From a virus (lineage: Duplodnaviria; Caudoviricetes): 42,167 nucleotides of DNA. Where the stretch lies: positions 1 to 42,167 of the IMG/VR virus record IMGVR_UViG_3300032288_001600; one strand, 5' to 3'. Shown in pieces: positions 9,881 through 18,316 of the stretch (position 1 is the stretch's first letter; every line of letters begins with the position of its first letter). The position numbers and the translations under genes are program-made. The notes under the pieces were generated by a model. The model was not told the DNA's origin, did no database searches, and was given only the letters and a program-made list of their open reading frames with translations.

Positions 9881-11452
9881 TTGACGATCTCATCAGAAAC
9901 CCGAAAAGCAGGGCCGTACACCGGCAACGGCGTCACGACCACGTTTCCGTTTTCGTTCAAGGTTTTCACGACCTCCGACGTGCTGGTGGTGCGCACCAAT
10001 CTGACACCTACCGAGAGCACGTTGACGCTGGGCACGGACTACACCGTCGCACTAAACTCAAACCAAAACTCCAACCCAGGCGGCACGGTCACGCTGACTT
10101 CAGCGCTGACCACTGGCTTCTTGCTGACACTGACATCGCAAGTGGGCTACTTGCAGCCGACCGACCTGACCAACCAGGGCGGCTTCTATCCCACGGTGAT
10201 CAATGACTCGCTCGACCGGTTGACCATTCTCACGCAGCAGCTTGATGAGGAAGTGAGCCGCGCCGTCAAGACCAACATCTCCAGCAGCGTGACCGCCGAT
10301 GAGCTGCTCGACTCCATCGTGGCCGACGTGGCTGCGGCAGCGTTAAGCGCCGACCAGGCAGCAACCCAGGCCACAGCCGCAGCAAGCAGCGCCAGCGCGG
10401 CCTCCACAAGCGCCAGCGCGGCCAGTACATCGGCAGGTAGTGCAGCCACCTCGGCAGCGGCTGCTGCGGCCTCTGCGGCCACTGGCATGTACAGCGCCGT
10501 GCAGGATAAGTCGGCCAACTACAGCGTGGTGGCAGGCGACGCTGGTGATCTGATTCGCGTGACCACCACCAGTGGCGGCATCACCATCACGCTGCCCGCA
10601 ATCAGTGGCGTGGGCGATGGCTTCAAGGTGGCCATCGTCAAGTGGACGGGCGACACCAACGCGGTCACCGTGTCACGCTCTGGCAGCGACACCATCAACG
10701 GTGCGATCAGCTATACATTGAGCGGCCAATACAACAGCGCGACCTTTGTGGCCGACCTGGAAACCGCACAGTGGTTTGCGGTCGCCTCCGGCATTGGCAC
10801 TACCAACGCGGTGGTCGATGTGTTCAGCGGCACTGGATCACAGACAGCCTTCACGCTCTCGGGCGACCCTGGCAGCAAGAACAACACCGAGGTGTTCATC
10901 TCTGGCGTGTATCAGCAGAAGGTGAAGTACTCGATCAGCGGCACGACCTTGACGTTCGTCACCGCCCCACCAAGCGGCACCAGCAACGTCGAGGTGGTGT
11001 GGGTGCAGCCACTGGCCATTGGCGTGCCAAGCGACGGCACGGTCACTGCGGCCAAGATGGCAGCGGGTGCAGCAGTGGGCAACATTGGCTACACACCGGT
11101 CAACCCCGCCGCAGCCAACAGCTTTTCAGCAGCTCAACGTGGTGCGATTGTGGCGCTCACCGATGCGGCCACCATCACACCCGACTTCGCTGCGGCCAAC
11201 AACTACAGCGTCACCTTGGGCGGCAACCGCACCCTGGCCAACCCGACCAACGTCGTGGCAGGGCAGAGCGGCATCATCGTCATCACACAGGACGGCACAG
11301 GCTCTCGCACGCTGGCCTATGGCAGCAACTGGAAGTTCGCCAGCGGCACAGCTCCAACACTCACCACCACCGCGAGCGCGGTGGACGTTCTGGCCTACTA
11401 CGCTGAAAGCTCCACGCGCATCACGGCTCGACTGATCGGAGACGTCAAGTGA
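9881..11452 (+). CDS. Tail fibre / proximal tail fibre protein
   Basis: TTG start after AAGGAG. The N-terminus GNGVTTTFPFSFKVF…DRLTILTQQL resembles the T7 gp17-type tail attachment domain, followed by an Ala/Ser-rich coil and Thr/Gly-rich beta domains. Confidence 0.85.
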   Translation: MTISSETRKAGPYTGNGVTTTFPFSFKVFTTSDVLVVRTNLTPTESTLTLGTDYTVALNSNQNSNPGGTVTLTSALTTGFLLTLTSQVGYLQPTDLTNQGGFYPTVINDSLDRLTILTQQLDEEVSRAVKTNISSSVTADELLDSIVADVAAAALSADQAATQATAAASSASAASTSASAASTSAGSAATSAAAAAASAATGMYSAVQDKSANYSVVAGDAGDLIRVTTTSGGITITLPAISGVGDGFKVAIVKWTGDTNAVTVSRSGSDTINGAISYTLSGQYNSATFVADLETAQWFAVASGIGTTNAVVDVFSGTGSQTAFTLSGDPGSKNNTEVFISGVYQQKVKYSISGTTLTFVTAPPSGTSNVEVVWVQPLAIGVPSDGTVTAAKMAAGAAVGNIGYTPVNPAAANSFSAAQRGAIVALTDAATITPDFAAANNYSVTLGGNRTLANPTNVVAGQSGIIVITQDGTGSRTLAYGSNWKFASGTAPTLTTTASAVDVLAYYAESSTRITARLIGDVK

Positions 11453-13776
11453 GCGTGATCAACGCTGTCCCGCTACTGGCCGCCGCCGGTGGCGACTATC
11501 AGATCAGCCGCAGTGTGCGTCTGCGGGCAAGTGCAGGTGCTTATTTCAATCGGACGCCTGCTAGTGCTGGAAATAGGAACACATGGACATGGAGTGCATG
11601 GATTAAACGGGGGACGCTTGGTACGTACCAAACAATTCTTGCCGCATACCCATCCTCGACAGTTTACGCATACTTGCAGTTCAACTCGTCAGATCAAATT
11701 CGCTATGCATCTACAAATAGCGGTGCAAGCCTAACTACTACTGCCGTTTATCGCGACCCTTCCGCTTGGTATCACATTGTCTTTGTATATGACGATACTC
11801 AAGCGACATCAAGCAACCGTCTAAAGCTGTATGTCAATGGTCAGCAAGTCACTTCCTTTGGAACTGCTGCATACCCAACGCTGAATTTCGGCGACTACAT
11901 TAACAGTGCGAACGTTCATAATCTTGGCAGATTTCCCAGTGGAGTGGAGCCCATAGACGGCTACATGACCGAAGTCAACTTCATCGACGGCCAGGCACTC
12001 ACGCCATCGTCATTCGGTGAGAACGACTCGATCACCGGCGTGTGGAAGCCTAAGAAGTACACCGGCACATACGGCACCAACGGCTTCTATCTGAACTTCA
12101 GCGACAACAGCGCAGCCACCGCAGCGGCGATTGGCAAGGACAGCTCAGGCAACGGCAACAACTGGACACCGAACAACATCAGCGTGACTGCTGGTGTGAC
12201 GTATGACTCGATGCTCGATGTGCCGACGAACTGGGCTGATGGTGGCAATGGGCGGGGTAACTATGCAACGTTGAATCCCATAAATTCTTTGGCAACTTTA
12301 ACAAATGCTAATTTAAATTATTTATCTTCCGCTATTGTTCCGGGGCCAGCGTATTCAACCATAGGAATGATTAGTGGAAAATGGTATTTTGAATATACAT
12401 TAACAGCTACAAATTGTTTTGTTGGTGTTTGGGGTAATGGTAATGCTGGAATGCCTACTGGCGCATATCCAACTTATTATTGGGATATTGGGGCATCAAC
12501 CGCAAGTGCTTTAGCTTTAGAAAAAACATCAGGTAGTGCTTCTGGAACATTAGGAAGTTTAGCGGCTAGTGATGTCTATGGTATTGCTTTAGATATAGAC
12601 GGTACAACTATCTATTTTTACAAAAACAACACGCTTGTTCAAACAGTTACAGGCATGACGTTTACAGGGCCATTGTTTTTTGTATGCGGCTCATGGTCAA
12701 GTGGAACTTCGGCTTCTGGAAATGCAAACTTCGGCCAACGCCCATTCACCTACACCCCACCCACAGGCTTCAAAGCACTGAACACGCAGAACCTGCCTGA
12801 TGCGACGATCAAAAAGGGAAGCCAATATTTTGATGTGACGACCTACGCAGGAGACGGCACATCGCCACGCACAATCACAAATGGAAATGGCCTTGGCTCT
12901 GATCTTGTGTGGGTCAAAGATCGGAGCGGGACATTCTGGCATCAGCTTATGAACACCGTAGTTGGTGCTGGCAAGTCGCTGGCAACCAACTCGACGGGCG
13001 CTGAACTGACCAACGACTTCAACGGCTATCTTTCTGCTTTCACTTCAAATGGGTTTACCGTAACTGCTGGCTCCACCGACATTGCCTCTTTCAACAAGAG
13101 CGGTGACGCGTACGTTGCTTGGCAATGGAAGAAGGGCGCGACGCAGGGCTTCGACATCGTGACCTATGCAGGTCAGAACTCGTCTGGTCGCACGGTTGCT
13201 CACTCGCTCGGCGTCAAGCCTGCGATGATTATCATCAAGAACAGGTCTGGCGCGTATAACTGGAACGTGCAGCATCAATCCTTGTCTGGTGGTGTTGCCG
13301 CTAACTCAAGCACGTTCACGCTTTCAAGCTACACAGCAAACTTAGCATTGAACACAACACAAGCCGCTGGCGCTTACACATACGACCAGCAAGTTGATGG
13401 TGTTGGTTTCAATTTGATCGCTTACCTGTTCGCAGAAGTCGCAGGCTTCTCCAAGTTCGGCAGCTACACAGGCAACGGGTCTGCTGATGGGCCGTTTGTG
13501 TACTGTGGGTTTAGGCCGCGTTTCCTTCTGTACAAAGACGCATCTTCGGCAACGAACGGATGGGTGATTTTTGACTCGGCGCGAGACACCTACAACATTG
13601 TCGGTAACTATTTGCAGCCCAACACATCAGCGGCTGAAGGTTCTACTGGCTCGTTAGATTTCACATCCAACGGATTCAAAGTCAGATTTGCTGGAGGTTC
13701 ATTAAACACCAGTGGCAACACAATCATCTTTGCCGCATTCGCCGAAAACCCATTCAAGAACTCACTCGCGAGGTAA
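11449..13776 (+). CDS. Tail fibre / receptor-binding protein with concanavalin A/LamG-like and SPRY-like domains
   Basis: WTWSAWIKR…RDPSAWYHIV…KLYVNG (LamG-like); SGKWYFE…GIALDID…IYFYKNN (SPRY-like); GTG start overlaps the upstream stop. Confidence 0.8.
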   Translation: MSVINAVPLLAAAGGDYQISRSVRLRASAGAYFNRTPASAGNRNTWTWSAWIKRGTLGTYQTILAAYPSSTVYAYLQFNSSDQIRYASTNSGASLTTTAVYRDPSAWYHIVFVYDDTQATSSNRLKLYVNGQQVTSFGTAAYPTLNFGDYINSANVHNLGRFPSGVEPIDGYMTEVNFIDGQALTPSSFGENDSITGVWKPKKYTGTYGTNGFYLNFSDNSAATAAAIGKDSSGNGNNWTPNNISVTAGVTYDSMLDVPTNWADGGNGRGNYATLNPINSLATLTNANLNYLSSAIVPGPAYSTIGMISGKWYFEYTLTATNCFVGVWGNGNAGMPTGAYPTYYWDIGASTASALALEKTSGSASGTLGSLAASDVYGIALDIDGTTIYFYKNNTLVQTVTGMTFTGPLFFVCGSWSSGTSASGNANFGQRPFTYTPPTGFKALNTQNLPDATIKKGSQYFDVTTYAGDGTSPRTITNGNGLGSDLVWVKDRSGTFWHQLMNTVVGAGKSLATNSTGAELTNDFNGYLSAFTSNGFTVTAGSTDIASFNKSGDAYVAWQWKKGATQGFDIVTYAGQNSSGRTVAHSLGVKPAMIIIKNRSGAYNWNVQHQSLSGGVAANSSTFTLSSYTANLALNTTQAAGAYTYDQQVDGVGFNLIAYLFAEVAGFSKFGSYTGNGSADGPFVYCGFRPRFLLYKDASSATNGWVIFDSARDTYNIVGNYLQPNTSAAEGSTGSLDFTSNGFKVRFAGGSLNTSGNTIIFAAFAENPFKNSLAR

Positions 13777-13779
13777 CCC

Positions 13780-14205
13780 ATGTTCACGCTCAACGGACAA
13801 CCACTTGGCATCGATGTGCCATTCACCACGCCCGATGGCACGCAGTACCCGGCCAACTGGCTTCGCCTTGCAAGCGCTGGTGAGAAAGCCGCAATAGGTA
13901 TTGAAGAAGTCAACGACCCCGAGCCGTATGACGACCGCTTCTACTGGGGGCCAGGCAATCCAAAAGACCTGGAGATGGTGCGCTCGATGCTCGCCAGCCA
14001 GATCAAAGCCACGTCCTACAGCCTGCTCGCACCCACCGACTACAAGCTCGTGCGCAAGGTCGAGACCGGTGAGGATGTCGACCAGGCCACACTCACCTAT
14101 CGCACAGCGGTACGCGCCGCTCACACAGCCAACCAGGCATTGATCGAAAACGCCACCAGTGTCGAGCAGCTCGCTGCTCTTCAACTGACTTGGCCCACCG
14201 AGTAA
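13780..14205 (+). CDS. Probable tail fibre assembly protein
   Basis: Follows the fibre gene; motifs QYPANWL…YDDRFYWG…LLAPTDY…YRTAVR…WP typical of fibre-associated chaperone-like proteins. Confidence 0.6.
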   Translation: MFTLNGQPLGIDVPFTTPDGTQYPANWLRLASAGEKAAIGIEEVNDPEPYDDRFYWGPGNPKDLEMVRSMLASQIKATSYSLLAPTDYKLVRKVETGEDVDQATLTYRTAVRAAHTANQALIENATSVEQLAALQLTWPTE

Positions 14206-14241
14206 CAAGCAGCACAGAGCTAGAAAGAGTAGGGACGATGA

Positions 14242-15264
14242 TTGGCACTGACACAAGTAACTAACGACATGCTCGCCTTTGATGGTGGCGCATTTTCATT
14301 TAGAAACAGAATAATCAACGGCGATGGAAACATCGCACAACGCAGCTCAAGCGCCAGCTTGACGGGTGTCGTGTCTTATCTTGCGCAAGACAGGTGGGCC
14401 GCTCGCCAGACAGGAACACCAAACGCTGCGATCTACAAAAACACCACCGTCGTTCCAACTGGTTTTTCAAGCTGCATTCAACTCTATCGCCCAAGTGGTT
14501 CGACCGCGACAGGCGTCTTGGAGCTGCTGCAAGCAGTGGAGTCAGTGAACTCTATTTCTTTGCAAGGAAGCTCTGTAACTCTGAGTTTCTACGCAAAAGC
14601 CGGGGCAACTTTTTCGGCAAGCGGAAGCAACATCGGGGCGACCTTGTTTACTAGCACTGGCACCGATCAAGGTGCTGCGAGCATGGGAGGTTGGACGGGG
14701 ACAACACAGCCCATCAGTGCTACTCAAACCATCACAACAACGTGGACGCGATACACGTTCACCGGGACTGTGCCAGCGAACGCAACACAAGTTGGAATTT
14801 ACATCTATTGGACGCCAGTAGGAACTGCTGGTGCGGACGACGGCCTGTACATTACAGGCGTTCAGCTTGAGGCTGGGCCATCGGCAACACCATTCGAACG
14901 CCGACCCTACGCTGTTGAGTTGGCCATGTGTCAGCGTTACTACTGGCGCTTGCCATCAGCAACGGTTGGTCAGAATTTGGGAATGGGCTTTTGCGAAACC
15001 ACCACTCGAGCAAGGCCCTTCTTTTATTTACCCGTGGCCATGCGTGGCATCCCAACAATTGGATACAGCGCGGCGGGTGACTTTACGCTCAGAGGCACGA
15101 CAACCAACGTGACCTGCAATTCCATCACAGCGGTTGGCTTGACCAACCAAACATTTGCCATTGAAGCAAACACGGCAACAGCACATGGCGGTGTGGCTGG
15201 TGGATGCGCATCATTCAATGCGTTGTTCACAACCAGTTGGATTGATGCAGCAATAGAACTCTAA
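14242..15264 (+). CDS. Tail-associated protein with carbohydrate-binding-like beta-sandwich
   Basis: FRNRIING…QR…DRW…VTLSFYAK…ITGVQLEAG…ATPFERRP…ELAMCQRYY, motifs common in phage tail CBM-like proteins. Confidence 0.7.
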   Translation: MALTQVTNDMLAFDGGAFSFRNRIINGDGNIAQRSSSASLTGVVSYLAQDRWAARQTGTPNAAIYKNTTVVPTGFSSCIQLYRPSGSTATGVLELLQAVESVNSISLQGSSVTLSFYAKAGATFSASGSNIGATLFTSTGTDQGAASMGGWTGTTQPISATQTITTTWTRYTFTGTVPANATQVGIYIYWTPVGTAGADDGLYITGVQLEAGPSATPFERRPYAVELAMCQRYYWRLPSATVGQNLGMGFCETTTRARPFFYLPVAMRGIPTIGYSAAGDFTLRGTTTNVTCNSITAVGLTNQTFAIEANTATAHGGVAGGCASFNALFTTSWIDAAIEL

Positions 15265-15283
15265 GCAGTAAAGAAAGCAGTAG

Positions 15284-15505
15284 ATGGACAATCAGCAACT
15301 CTTCAACATTGTGGTCAGCATTGCAGGCTTCTTGGCCGTGTTTGTGTTCAACAACATGACCAAGCAGATTCAGCGCTTGGAGGACAAGGTGAACAACTTG
15401 CCGCATGACTATGTGCAGAAGGACGACTACCGCTCCGACATCAAGGAAGTCAAAGACATTTTGAAACAGATCTTCGAGAAACTCGATTCCAAGGCGGACA
15501 AATGA
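15284..15505 (+). CDS. Small membrane protein, possible holin or lysis-module protein
   Basis: 73 aa; N-terminal hydrophobic helix followed by a coiled coil ending KLDSKADK; first gene of the lysis region. Confidence 0.6.
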   Translation: MDNQQLFNIVVSIAGFLAVFVFNNMTKQIQRLEDKVNNLPHDYVQKDDYRSDIKEVKDILKQIFEKLDSKADK

Positions 15506-15508
15506 GCT

Positions 15509-16222
15509 ATGCCGCTCACGATTGCGCTCGCAGCCGTTGCCCTGGTCAAGAACATCCAGGATGGGTGCGAGCTGTACAAGCAGGCCAAGGAATCGTTTGT
15601 CGAGATCAAGGAGACCTACGATGAAGTGGCTGGAATCGCTCAAGAGGTTCACGGATTCCTTGGGCCAATCATTGCGTTTTTCAAGCGAAAAATTGCACCT
15701 CCAAAGCCACCTCCTTCGCCTGCACGTGGAGCTAAGAAGTCTGCTTTTGTTGCGGTCAATGAGACAAAGGTTAAAGCAGACATCGTCAAAAATCTCAGCG
15801 AGTTTTTCACGCTCCAAGAAAAGTTAGCCGCCAAGATCCGCGAGGAGGAAGAGCAATCACAAAGCGTCTACGACCCAGACCAGAACCACAACATCGCAGC
15901 GATGAACCGGGTGCTGGCGCTGCAAGAGATGGCCAAGCTAGAGGTGACGATACGAGAGACCATGGTGTACCAGTCGCCCCCTGAGATGGGAGCGCTGTAT
16001 TCCGAGGTGTTCAAGATGCGTGAGGTGATTCGAGCAGAGCAAGAGCAGGCGCGGTTGAAACAGGAAGCAAATGATCGGTACAGGGTATGGCGACAAAACC
16101 AGCGACAAGGAAAACTGCGAGTGCGAATCGCAGTCCTCCTGGCGGCAATCTTCCTAGTTGGATACCTCCACCTATGGCTTCAAATTCTGCGCCTCAAGAC
16201 TCCGACGACACCGCCTTTTTGA
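15509..16222 (+). CDS. Hypothetical coiled-coil protein with C-terminal TM segment
   Basis: 237-aa ORF with phage-like codon usage and a hydrophobic stretch IAVLLAAIFLVGYLHLWL. Confidence 0.7.
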   Translation: MPLTIALAAVALVKNIQDGCELYKQAKESFVEIKETYDEVAGIAQEVHGFLGPIIAFFKRKIAPPKPPPSPARGAKKSAFVAVNETKVKADIVKNLSEFFTLQEKLAAKIREEEEQSQSVYDPDQNHNIAAMNRVLALQEMAKLEVTIRETMVYQSPPEMGALYSEVFKMREVIRAEQEQARLKQEANDRYRVWRQNQRQGKLRVRIAVLLAAIFLVGYLHLWLQILRLKTPTTPPF

Positions 16223-16392
16223 TTGTCATCTTCACGCTGGTGGTGCTGCTCTTGGGGCTGACACCGGTGGTGGTGGACATGTACCTGGAGACGCAAGTGG
16301 CGCTTCGAGAATTGAGGGATGAAAAAAAGAACCTGCAAAAGATGCGGCGCGAGATGGAACAGCAACAAAGAAAGGAAAGAAAAGATGAGTAA
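16087..16392 (+). CDS. Hypothetical membrane protein overlapping the upstream gene
   Basis: TM segment FLIVIFTLVVLLLGL plus a charged coiled-coil tail. Fills the 16222-16385 gap; the start is uncertain. Confidence 0.55.
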   Translation: MATKPATRKTASANRSPPGGNLPSWIPPPMASNSAPQDSDDTAFLIVIFTLVVLLLGLTPVVVDMYLETQVALRELRDEKKNLQKMRREMEQQQRKERKDE

Positions 16393-16711
16393 AGCCCTGC
16401 AACACGACTCCGAGTTCAACCAGTTTGATTCCGATGGAGATGGCGTGGTGACCGATGAGGAGCTGGCGCGTTCCGAGCGCATGATGATGATCGAGAACAT
16501 GGACAAGCTCGCCGATCAGCAGCGCATCATGGCGTGGTTTGCATTGATCCTGCCTGCATTCATCATCGTCTACTTGGCCTCCGAGCTGGTGGATCTGGCC
16601 AAGGTGAACGCGGTCAATGGCCTGGCCACCACCTACTGCGCAGCCATGGGCACGATCATCGTGGCCTTCATGGCAGCAACGGCCTACGCACGCGGGAAGA
16701 TGCACGAATGA
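16385..16711 (+). CDS. EF-hand-containing two-TM membrane protein (holin candidate)
   Basis: ATG at 16385; EF-hand loop DSDGDGVVTDEE; two hydrophobic segments; directly upstream of the spanins and endolysin. Confidence 0.65.
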   Translation: MSKALQHDSEFNQFDSDGDGVVTDEELARSERMMMIENMDKLADQQRIMAWFALILPAFIIVYLASELVDLAKVNAVNGLATTYCAAMGTIIVAFMAATAYARGKMHE

Positions 16712-17151
16712 GGCTCGCCCTCATCGCGGCAGTGATCGCCTTCGCGGCGGGCTTCCTGGTCCAGGGCTGGCGCAAGGATTCTCAGATCGCGGAGATCGAA
16801 GCCGCCAATTCAAAAGCCCAGGCCGAGGCCGCAGCGCAAGCCGCAGCCGACACCGCACGCATGCAAAAGGACAAAGACAATGCACTACGACAAGCCACCA
16901 TCAAAGCCGCTCAGAACGCGCTTGCTGCCAATGCTGCTCGCACTGAGCTTGACCGGCTGCGCCAGCATGCGGACGCCACCGCCGCCGCAATGTCCGGCGC
17001 TACCTGCACCTCCGTCCGAGAGCACGCCGCAGCCCTCAACACCGTATTCGGAGAGTGTGTTGCAACTCTTGAAGGCATGGCGCGAAAAGCTGATGGCCAC
17101 GCCCTTGATCAGCGAACACTGAGTGATTCTTTTCCAAGGAGTAAACCATGA
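16708..17151 (+). CDS. Rz: Rz-like inner-membrane spanin
   Basis: ATGA overlap with the upstream stop. N-terminal TM (MRLALIAAVIAFAAGFLVQGWR) then an Ala-rich coiled coil with Cys; contains a nested lipoprotein ORF. Confidence 0.8.
   Translation: MRLALIAAVIAFAAGFLVQGWRKDSQIAEIEAANSKAQAEAAAQAAADTARMQKDKDNALRQATIKAAQNALAANAARTELDRLRQHADATAAAMSGATCTSVREHAAALNTVFGECVATLEGMARKADGHALDQRTLSDSFPRSKP
16880..17122 (+). CDS. Rz1: Rz1-like outer-membrane spanin lipoprotein, embedded in Rz
   Basis: +1 frame inside Rz; AAGGA RBS; lipobox LTGC; proline-rich mature part PPPPQCPALPAPP. Confidence 0.8.
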   Translation: MHYDKPPSKPLRTRLLPMLLALSLTGCASMRTPPPPQCPALPAPPSESTPQPSTPYSESVLQLLKAWREKLMATPLISEH

Positions 17152-17576
17152 ACTTAACGCCCAACTTCACGCTCGAGGAGCTGACCCACACGGATCACCG
17201 CGAGTTCGACAACACGCCCAACGACGAGGAGCTGGCCAACCTCGTTCGCCTGGCCGACTTCCTGGAGCAGGTCAAAGCGCTGCTCGGTGGCAAGACCATC
17301 ATCGTGAACTCTGCCTTCCGCTCGGCTGAAGTCAACCGGGCCGTGGGTTCGACCGACAAATCACAACATCGGCGTGGCTGCGCAGCCGACATCCGCGTGC
17401 CAGGCATGACACCGGACGAGGTGGTCTCGGCCATCATCAGTTCGGGCATTGGCTACGACCAGGTGATCCGCGAGTTTGATCGCTGGACGCATGTGTCCAT
17501 CCCCAACACTGAGGACACCGCGCCGCGCTCAATGGCACTCATCATCGACAAGTCGGGCACACGCGCCTACGCATAG
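17148..17576 (+). CDS. Endolysin, peptidase M15A-like zinc peptidase
   Basis: NFTLEEL…SAFRS…VNRAVGS…SQHRRGCAADI…WTHVS (His/Asp/His Zn ligands). Confidence 0.9.
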   Translation: MNLTPNFTLEELTHTDHREFDNTPNDEELANLVRLADFLEQVKALLGGKTIIVNSAFRSAEVNRAVGSTDKSQHRRGCAADIRVPGMTPDEVVSAIISSGIGYDQVIREFDRWTHVSIPNTEDTAPRSMALIIDKSGTRAYA

Positions 17577-17634
17577 CAGTTGCCTTGGGCCGTGGGGACG
17601 TCTCCTCCCTCACTTACGCGGCCCCGGGTCTTTG

Positions 17635-17663
17635 GCCCCGGCCTTCGGGTCGGGGCACTTTTT
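17635..17663 (+). terminator. Rho-independent terminator ending the late/lysis operon
   Basis: GCCCCGGCC-TTCG-GGTCGGGGC then ACTTTTT, between convergent genes. Confidence 0.85.
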
Positions 17664-18131
17664 CTAGGCACGGCGCTGGTTGGCCGCAGCGTCGTACTGG
17701 GCCAGCTCCTTGTAGACCTTGTCCAGCTCCGCCTTCAACGCATCGCGCTCGCGCTCCACGTCCTTTGCGACCGAGCGCTCATAGGGCAGGGCCAGCAGCA
17801 TGCCAGGCGTGTAGCGCTGACCGTTGGGTGCCCACAGGTTGCCGAACTTATCAAAGCGCCAGTCCTTCCATTCACCCATTTGCTGGTAGGGTAATTGGCC
17901 ATGGGTGGCCGCACGCAAGGTGATCAAGGCTGCGTCCGGAATCCTGGATGTGCCTGCGATCCAGCGCATGAGGGTTGTGCGGTGGATGTTGAGCAGCGAG
18001 AGCGCAAAGCCCTCGCCACCCAAGTGGTCAATCAGATCGACCAGCTCCTGGCGGTGTTCGGTTGCACGGCGTTCGCGCACGGGAACGTGCGGGATTTGGA
18101 TGCGTGCGCGGCGTAGTTTTGGGGTGTCCAT
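17664..18131 (-). CDS. xafT: XafT-like Xer recombination activation factor (HTH + DUF3653-like domain)
   Basis: HTH-like ALSLLNIHRTTLMRWIAGTSRIP followed by WKDWRFDKFGNLWAPNGQRYTP, matching the DUF3653-type W.GW.F..G.L..P.G...P pattern. Start lies ~56 bp from a dif-like site. Confidence 0.7.
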   Translation of the reverse strand: MDTPKLRRARIQIPHVPVRERRATEHRQELVDLIDHLGGEGFALSLLNIHRTTLMRWIAGTSRIPDAALITLRAATHGQLPYQQMGEWKDWRFDKFGNLWAPNGQRYTPGMLLALPYERSVAKDVERERDALKAELDKVYKELAQYDAAANQRRA

Positions 18132-18145
18132 GGGGGTCTCGTTTG

Positions 18146-18183
18146 TGTTGAGATTAGACCAACTACTTGAGAATGTCCACGGT
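18146..18183 (-). promoter_or_regulatory. Putative xafT promoter overlapped by tandem operator-like sites
   Basis: Minus strand TGGACA (18174-18179)-N17-TAATCT (18151-18156). Operator-like TGTTGAGATTAGACCAACT (18146-18164) and ACTTGAGAATGTC… (from 18165). Confidence 0.55.
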
Positions 18184-18187
18184 GCAA

Positions 18188-18215
18188 ACTGCGCATAATG
18201 TATATTAAGTTTTTC
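18188..18215 (+). other. dif: dif-like XerC/XerD recombination site (putative attP)
   Basis: ACTGCGCATAA-TGTATA-TTAAGTTTTTC versus E. coli dif GGTGCGCATAA-TGTATA-TTATGTTAAAT: XerC arm 9/11, spacer 6/6, XerD arm 6/11. Confidence 0.85.
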
Positions 18216-18316
18216 TCAATACTCTGTGATTTCAATACCATCCCAGAGGCAAATTAGTTTTGCTATATCACTATGCTACCGTGGTGTGAGCATATTGCAC
18301 GAGACCCCTTAGAACG

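Noticed and set aside
10330-10490. GCC/GCA-rich quasi-repeats in the tail fibre gene
   Set aside because: Explained by the Ala/Ser-rich coiled segment of the protein.
11449-15264. Diversity-generating retroelement, expected from BPP-1 relatedness
   Set aside because: No reverse transcriptase ORF and no adenine-mismatched TR/VR repeat pair seen.
18224-18239. Possible LexA box near the dif-like site
   Set aside because: CTGT-N8-TACC lacks the ACAG half-site.
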